Assembly: GCF_006345805.1 (NCBI RefSeq)
Contig: NW_021829766.1
Span: forward strand, 1-6,023
DNA length: 6,023 bases
Source: Octopus sinensis
Lineage: Eukaryota
Direction of reading: 5' to 3'
Below the pieces are notes generated by a model. That model saw only the letters and a list, made by a program, of their open reading frames with translations, was not told the origin of the DNA and made no database searches. Made by a program: the position numbers and the translations under genes. The first letter of the stretch is position 1; each line of letters starts with the position of its first letter. Below, in pieces: positions 1 through 6,023 of the stretch.

Positions 1-183
1 CGTCAAATATTGTGTCTCATTTGCCTTGCCTCAAAGCTCAACATACGCTTTTAAAATATGAACATTTTGCTGATATTGAAAAAGTGGATTATTACGTACT
101 CATCGTCGCAAGACACGAAAGACCTTTACACATGCGTTTGAATCTGTTTCTTCATGTAATCTTTGAATTTCTTTCTCTGTGTT

Positions 184-281
184 TATACATATATGTGTGA
201 GTAGACGCTGTGTGTATATGCGTATATACATGTTTATATACGTATGTATTTATGTATATATGTACCTATGTATGTGCGTGT

Positions 282-326
<45 letters not shown>

Positions 327-402
327 CACATAAAGATGTATGTATACGGGCACATGCACATATACATTCAGACACGCACACATATTACATGTGATTGTAT
401 AA

Positions 403-448
<46 letters not shown>

Positions 449-532
449 ATATATATATATGTACATATATATATATATAGGCACACACATACATATAAAG
501 ATGTATGCATCCAAGCACATACACACACACAC

Positions 533-573
<41 letters not shown>

Positions 574-738
574 CACACACACGCACACTATAGTCACATG
601 TGGTTGTATACATCATATAAATGTATATACACACGCGTATACACATAGACATACATCTGTAATAAATTTAGGAATGTGTGTCTGTATGTGTGCATATATA
701 CATGTATGTATACACACAGACATACGCTCATATATATA

Positions 739-791
<53 letters not shown>

Positions 792-880
792 CTATATATA
801 TACATATATACATATATATATATACACATTTACATTTACATATATATACATATATATATTTATATACATATACATGAGAT
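184..880. repeat. Compound TA/CA/TATG/CATA microsatellite region
   Basis: Pure (TA)18 at 287-322, interrupted (TA)n at 406-479, (TA)n at 536-566, (CATA)7 at 741-768, then TA/CATA mixtures to about 875, with degenerate CA/TG spacers. Confidence 0.97.
323..619 (+). repeat. Diverged two-copy tandem duplication embedded in TA/CA repeats
   Basis: 323-360 vs 488-525 match at 32/38 (CATACAYATAAAGATGTATG...). 387-410 vs 596-619 match at 22/24 (ACATGTGRTTGTATAMATCATATA). ACACGCACAC is present in both copies (372-381, 579-588). Confidence 0.8.
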
Positions 881-914
881 ATATAGAGAGAGGGATGGAG
901 GGGTGAGATGCAGA

Positions 915-988
915 GATGAATAGATACACAAATGGATGAATAGAGAACTAGACAGATAGATAGACTGATTAATAGACAGATAGATAGA
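915..988 (+). repeat. Degenerate GATA/GACA repeat with short direct repeats
   Basis: GATGAATAGA at 915-924 and 935-944; TAGACAGATAGATAGA at 949-964 and 973-988. Confidence 0.75.
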
Positions 989-1127
989 TTTGCAGACAGA
1001 CACGTACATGTCTATGAAGTAAGCAAATATAATTGCAGAATAAGAGTTAATGAAGCAGAGACTCGCCGAGACAAAACTGGAATTCTAAGACTGAAATGAA
1101 AAGTAAAGTACCTCTGTGATAAGACGC

Positions 1128-1160
1128 GGAGAAGAAGAAGAGGAAGAGGAAGGAGGAGGA

Positions 1161-1193
<33 letters not shown>

Positions 1194-1519
1194 GAAGAAG
1201 AAGAAGAAGAAGGAGAAGAAGAAGATGAAGAAGATGAAGGAGAAGAAGAAGATGAAGAAGAAGAAGAGGAATAAAAACAGGAAGGAGAGGAAGAAGAAGA
1301 AGAAGAAGAAGGGGAAGAAGAAGAAGAAGATGAAGATGAAGAAGAAGATGAAGAAGAAGAAGAAGAGATAAAAGAGGAAGGAGAGGAAGAAGAAGAAGAA
1401 GAAGGGGAAGAAGAAGAAGAAGAAGAAGAAGAAGGTGAAGAAGGAGAAGAAGATGAAGAAGGAGGAGGAGAAGAAGAAGGGGAAGAAGAAGAAGAAGGAG
1501 GAGGAGGAGGAGAAGGAGG

Positions 1520-1552
<33 letters not shown>

Positions 1553-1881
1553 AGGACTGAAGCCGGAAGGAGAGGAAGAAGAAGAAGAAGAAGGGGAAGA
1601 AGATGAAGAAGAAGAAGAAGGTGAAGAAGGAGAAGAAGATGAAGAAGGAGGAGGAGAAGAAGAAGGGGAAGAAGAAGAAGAAGGAGGAGGAGGAGGAGAA
1701 GGAGGAGAAGAAGAGGAAGAAGAAGAAGAAGAAGAGGAATAAGAAGCGGAAGGAGAGGAAGAAGAAGAAGAAGAAGAAGAAGGGGAAGAGGAGGAAGAAT
1801 AATAATCAGAAGACGAAGAAGAAGAGGAAGAAGAAGAAGCAGAAGAAGAAGAAGAAGTGTAATAATAATAATAATAATTAT

Positions 1882-1922
<41 letters not shown>

Positions 1923-1943
1923 GAAGAAGAAGAATAAGATGAA
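1128..1943 (+). repeat. Complex trinucleotide array (GAA/GGA/GAG/GAT with AAT blocks) containing a higher-order repeat
   Basis: Continuous triplet periodicity; AAT blocks at about 1162-1193, 1798-1806 and 1861-1921; anchor GGAAGGAGAGGAAGAAG at 1280, 1376, 1565 and 1748. Confidence 0.97.
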
Positions 1944-2079
1944 GAGAGAGAGAGAGTGATTGATGGGTAGGTGAGAGAAGAGAGGGGCAAAATAGAGAGG
2001 TATAGAAAGATTGAAAGAGAGAGATGGAGAGTCTTTGAGAATGATGGAATGGTTAATTAATCAGGTTTGAGAATATTTC

Positions 2080-2115
2080 TGTATGTGTGTGTCTGTGTGT
2101 GTGTGTGTTGTGTGT
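2080..2115 (+). repeat. Imperfect (TG)n microsatellite
   Basis: tgtatgtgtgtgtctgtgtgtgtgtgtgttgtgtgt; a second short (GT)7 lies at about 2170-2183. Confidence 0.9.
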
Positions 2116-2248
2116 TGCATAGGTGATATAGGCAGATTAAGAAGTGGTAAGGAGGGGGTAAAAGGTGAAAGTGTGTGTGTGTGTTAGATTGAGGGAGATA
2201 ATTGTAAGGGTGATATTTAAAATAGAGAGATATGCACGAAGACATACT

Positions 2249-2316
2249 GAGAGAGAGAGAGATAGATAGAGGAGAGAGAGATAGAGGAGAGAGAGATAGA
2301 GGAGAGAGAGAGAGAG
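2249..2316 (+). repeat. (GA)n tract containing a perfect 3 x 15-bp unit
   Basis: GATAGAGGAGAGAGA at 2265-2279, 2280-2294 and 2295-2309. Confidence 0.9.
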
Positions 2317-2383
2317 ATTGGGTGTGTGATAGGAGAGATATATGGAGAAAAGTAAAGATCGGGAAGGCAGATGGAGAGAGAGG

Positions 2384-2387
<4 letters not shown>

Positions 2388-2430
<43 letters not shown>
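2388..2430 (+). repeat. (GATA)7 followed by (GA)n
   Basis: GATA x7 at 2388-2415, then GA repeats to 2430. Confidence 0.95.
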
Positions 2431-2432
<2 letters not shown>

Positions 2433-2540
2433 ATAAAATTAGAGAGAGAAGAATATAAGGAGACAAAGAGAAGAGATGAAGAAGAGAGACAAAGATGGAG
2501 AACATTGAAATCAGCAAAGTCAGATGCTAAGACATGGAGT

Positions 2541-2542
<2 letters not shown>

Positions 2543-2588
<46 letters not shown>

Positions 2589-2758
2589 CGAGAGACAGAG
2601 ACAGAAAAAGAAAGTGAGAGAGACAGATAGATAGAGAGAGAGAGAGAAATGTGAGAGACAGAGAAACAGACATAAAGGGAAGGAGAGAGGACGAGGGAGA
2701 GATAGATTGATAGACACATAGATAGATAGACAGATAGATAGATAGATAGATAGATAGG

Positions 2759-2797
<39 letters not shown>

Positions 2798-2866
2798 GTA
2801 GATAGATAGATAGATAGAGAGAGAGAGGGGGGGGAAGAGAGAAAGAGAGAGAGAGAGAGAGAAAGA
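2543..2866 (+). repeat. Compound (AG)n / (GATA)n microsatellite
   Basis: (AG)20 at 2543-2582; degenerate GAGA/GACA to about 2700; GATA array with GGTA/GACA variants at about 2701-2818; G8 at 2827-2834; GA repeats to about 2862. Confidence 0.95.
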
Positions 2867-3896
2867 TAAGGAAATCACGAAGAGATTCGAAAACCGAAAG
2901 ATGCATGAAGGCAGAAGACGGGAAAGATGCAGAAAGGTGCAGAAAGAGTGGATAAAATCGGTTGAAAACAGGAAGATGATGGAGGGGGGGGGCGATGAAA
3001 GGATAAACTAATCGATGTTCTCTGTCTTTGCCAACAAGACGTCTGGCGAAACAACAGCGAATATATTTATCCAATAAAATATTATCAGTATATTGCTTCG
3101 CTCATTAATTTTTCTTCCTTTCTTTTTATTCTATCGCAGCGGCCATGTTGCTTTTTTTATGCTTGCGATTTGAAAATTATTTGATATCAGTTTAGTCTGC
3201 AGCGGAGTCATGGTTTCCTTTCACTGAAATTCTTTCTTGGTGCCGAAAGGATGAAGCAGAAACCCCTACTGACATCCACGAAGGATCCCTTGTAACTCCC
3301 TAAACAATCATTGCGAGCTCTTTCAAATAATTTTAGCGGGGTTATACAACCGAATTTTCCCGTTCGTTTAGTTCCTGTGGCTTTACGTATATTAATCGAC
3401 AAGGCTCCAGCATGTTTGTTCAAGGGTCTATCTTCATTGAGAGAGAAAGGGAGACTATGTATGCGAGTGAGTGAGAGAGAAGGGAGACAGACAAGTCAAA
3501 GGGCAAGAAAGAAGAATAACCCTCTACGCTTGACTGGGATCATATTTGCCACGCAAATCTTATCCAATAAGGGTTAGATGATGAAGCAGAAAGCTGACGT
3601 CGGTAAGGCATTGTATTTCGGGAATGCATTCAAGTTAGGACTCAGTCGATTGACGAAGGGGATTCAGTTGTTTTAATCAATTGAATTACCTGCTCCTGAT
3701 TGTACCAGATCGCACGCGCGCGCACACACAAATATAGATAGGACAAACCATGTGCCTAGTGACTGACGTTTGCCTGCAGACATAAGACAAGTCATAAAAT
3801 CTAGCGAAACACGTGTCTCTATGGCCAGAAACTAGTAGCACTTATTATATTACAGGCTTTACTAAACGATATATTTGCAAATTTGTATTTATACTT

Positions 3897-4034
3897 TATG
3901 TATACACACATATACATATATATATGCATGTATGTATATATATGTATATGTGTATATATATGTGTATATATAATTTATATATATATATTTTTATGTATAT
4001 ATATATATGTGTGTGTATCTATAATATATATCTA

Positions 4035-4089
<55 letters not shown>
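3897..4089. repeat. TA-rich compound microsatellite
   Basis: Degenerate TA/TATG/TG from about 3897, ending in pure (TA)25 at 4039-4088. Confidence 0.97.
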
Positions 4090-4092
<3 letters not shown>

Positions 4093-4176
4093 CGCGGTAC
4101 TTATTCTAACTGTTTCCTTTTTGCTTGATCACAACTTACAGAGATGTAAACAAGCGAACTCTGGCTGTGTGCTGCT

Positions 4177-4189
4177 GGGGGGGGGGGGG
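4177..4189 (+). repeat. G13 homopolymer
   Basis: 13 consecutive G; shorter runs G9 at 2984-2992 and G8 at 2827-2834. Confidence 0.9.
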
Positions 4190-4512
4190 AAACGCACATT
4201 CATACATACATACACACAAACATATAAGTATGTAAGTATGTATATAAATATACGTTGAGTTGGTTGTGGTTTGGTTCAGAATAAGATGGGAATCGCCTGG
4301 ACTAGAATCAAGGAAACGAGTCTGTGTAGAATGACGCCAATTCCTATGGAAGAAGAATCAAGAACTGGCTTACTTAGAAACGGCAGAGAAAGAATTGATT
4401 CTGCAAACCAGTCACATAACAAAGAATAAAACTCTTCGTTCAAGAGAATTGAATGAATTATTCTTTGTGAACTGCACCCGGCTTTACGAATAACCACAGA
4501 AAACATATATCA

Positions 4513-4597
4513 CTGTCTGTCTGTCTGTCTGTCGTTTTCACTTTCTTTCTTTCTTTCTCTCCCCCTCTTTCTCTGTATTTGTGTACACACACACACA
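4513..4597 (+). repeat. (CTGT)5, (CTTT)4, CT-rich tract and short (AC)n
   Basis: CTGT x5 at 4513-4532, CTTT x4 at 4541-4556, AC repeats at about 4585-4597. Confidence 0.9.
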
Positions 4598-4711
4598 ATT
4601 AGCTGACTTGATGGTGCAGATCATGTTTCCTAATTGGTCACGGATGGAAAGGAGATGCTCCAGAATGGTGATTGCAGTCCGACTACTGAAGCAAGTATCA
4701 GAATAAATGAA

Positions 4712-5036
4712 TCCGTATATGTTATGTATGCATATATGTATGTATGCATGTATGTATGTATGTATGTATGTATGTATGTATGTATGTATGTATGAATGTA
4801 TGTATGTATGTATGTATGCATGTATGCATGTATGTATGTATGTATGTATGTATGTATGTATGTATGTAGGTAGGTAGGTATGAATATATGTATGAATGTA
4901 TGGGTGTATGTATGTATGTATGAATGTATGTATGAATGTATGTATGAATGTATGAGTGTATGTATGTATGAACGTATATATACATGTATGTAAGCATGCC
5001 TGTTTGCATGTATGTTTGTTTGCATGTCTGTGTATA
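4712..5036 (+). repeat. (TATG)n tetranucleotide array with CATG, AATG and TAGG variants
   Basis: Long near-pure TATG runs at about 4749-4867, with variant units increasing toward the 3' end. Confidence 0.97.
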
Positions 5037-5072
5037 TATATGATAAACATCATATAGAATTGTAGAAATGAA

Positions 5073-5118
5073 TACACACACATGTATACACACACACTCA
5101 CACACACACACACACTCA

Positions 5119-5157
<39 letters not shown>

Positions 5158-5202
5158 GATATATAGATATATAGATATATATATATATGTATATATATAT
5201 AT
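5073..5202 (+). repeat. (CA)n followed by (AGATATAT)3 and (TA)n
   Basis: CA repeats at about 5075-5153 with few interruptions; AGATATAT x3 at 5157-5180; TA to about 5202. Confidence 0.95.
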
Positions 5203-5521
5203 TTCAGTTGTATCATGCTAATAATTTCTGTCTGTTTTCCCAAAATGACAGCTAAACTACTTTTGAAAAGGTCAACCGTTAATAATCATTCGACGTCTTC
5301 ATTACGCTTGGAAGATTAATATATCGAAGTTTTAATTATAATTATATTCGGCCATTGCCTAAAGATCGCCATAGTAGTCTTTAAAGGCCAGAGTTTTATT
5401 AATATCTTACCTGTGTGTATACGATGTCTATCGTGACAATAGCGGAGGCTCTATTCATGGCCTCATCATTCTCATTTAACACAGTCGCTGTTCTTCTGCA
5501 CCAATATCTTATAATTCTTGA

Positions 5522-5589
5522 CCACACACACACACACACATACACACACACACACACTCTCTCTCTCTCTCACACACGTGTGTGTGTGT
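5522..5589. repeat. Compound (CA)n-(CT)n-(CA)n-(TG)n microsatellite
   Basis: CA at about 5522-5557, CT at 5557-5570, then the perfect palindrome CACACACGTGTGTG at 5571-5584 running into TG repeats to 5589. Confidence 0.95.
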
Positions 5590-6023
5590 TTTAGTCTCAT
5601 GAGTTTACTGTGAAGCATTCTGAATCATAGGTTGCGCCTAGACCCAAGGTTGACCAACGCGATATGATGAGCCACTGGGTAAGTAGGATCGATGGGTCAA
5701 CGCGTGATACATTTTGAATTGCTTGTCCCCTTGAGTATATGCGTATGAATTAAAATCTCTTCTGATATCTAATGAAAGACATATTAATTAATTAATTCCG
5801 TAGCCGCCTTTTATAATTAATATTCTTATAGAAGCATTAGAGCTAATGTTGGAGTTTGTAAAGCAAATAAGCCGGGGACACATTTATCACGGGATCAATT
5901 TTCGCGGGGATTGCAGTTTTTGATCTTCTGCCTGGAACCGAGTGTAATAATTCTTTATATACGTGTGATGAGGTCACTGCACTGCAATCATGTACATGAC
6001 CATCACTACCGAGATTAACCATA

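Noticed and set aside
210-923. Many overlapping IYIY/HTHT/CVCV ORFs on both strands
   Set aside because: They are translations of TA/CA/CATA repeats, which lack stop codons in most frames.
1085-1990. 301-aa poly-Ser/Pro/Tyr ORF (-) and 118-aa poly-Lys/Asn ORF (+, 1603-1959) as genes
   Set aside because: Homopolymeric products of the trinucleotide array, with no domain and no recognisable flanking protein sequence; kept only as a phase observation.
2057-3074. 273-, 126- and 184-aa LSLS/IYLS ORFs on the - strand, superficially membrane-like
   Set aside because: They derive from (CT)n and (TATC)n repeats in overlapping frames.
3208-3577. 88-aa + ORF (3311-3577) and 71-aa - ORF (3208-3423)
   Set aside because: Both use TTG starts and show no recognisable homology or motif; their lengths are within chance expectation.
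3578-3699. Box C (ATGATGA 3578) and box D-like CTGA (3594, 3696), with GAATTACC complementary to the 18S rRNA GGTAATTC motif
   Set aside because: No terminal stem. The complementarity is only 8 nt and is not adjacent to the D box as the fifth-nucleotide rule requires.
3813-4109. 98- and 69-aa IYIY ORFs
   Set aside because: Products of the (TA)n array.
4177-4189. G13 as a G-quadruplex
   Set aside because: Too short for an intramolecular three-tier quadruplex with loops (needs at least 15 nt), and homopolymer length is error-prone.
4374-4400. 27-nt - strand segment between TTGCAG| and |GTAAGC
   Set aside because: Too short to assess, and such pairs are expected by chance in AT-rich DNA.
4538-5243. 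204-, 173- and 131-aa HTYI/IHTY ORFs on the - strand
   Set aside because: Products of (CATA)n and (TG)n. The unique tail TAITILEHLLSIRDQLGNMICTIK could be a 78-nt exon (4685-4608), but its donor AA|GTCAGC is weak.
5664-5769. Box C ATGATGA (5664) and CTGA (5762) about 100 nt apart
   Set aside because: The 4-bp GATA/TATC flank is out of register for a kink-turn, and I recognise no rRNA or snRNA guide.
1-6023. CRISPR array, transposon or endogenous viral element
   Set aside because: No constant repeat with unique spacers, no terminal inverted repeats, LTRs or target-site duplications, and no transposase, reverse transcriptase or viral motifs seen.

Overview
Eukaryotic, apparently non-coding DNA (intron or intergenic). 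Roughly half or more is simple sequence repeat: (TA)n, (CA)n, (GA)n, (AAG/GAG/AAT)n, (GATA)n and (TATG)n blocks, separated by unique islands at about 1-185, 990-1127, 2870-3890, 4090-4510, 4600-4710 and 5205-6023. This repeat density and motif spectrum resemble penaeid shrimp or other decapod genomes; that is an inference, and cephalopods are an alternative. I recognise no protein-coding gene, RNA gene, mobile element, CRISPR array or prokaryotic feature. The long ORFs in the supplied track are translations of microsatellites. I did not find a convincing novel biological system. The best-supported observations are structural: a 96/189/183-bp higher-order repeat inside a phase-locked trinucleotide array, a diverged tandem duplication among the TA/CA repeats, a micro-inversion in an AAT array, and about 1.9 kb of purine strand bias. 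Several small candidate exons with canonical splice signals occur on both strands, all low confidence.
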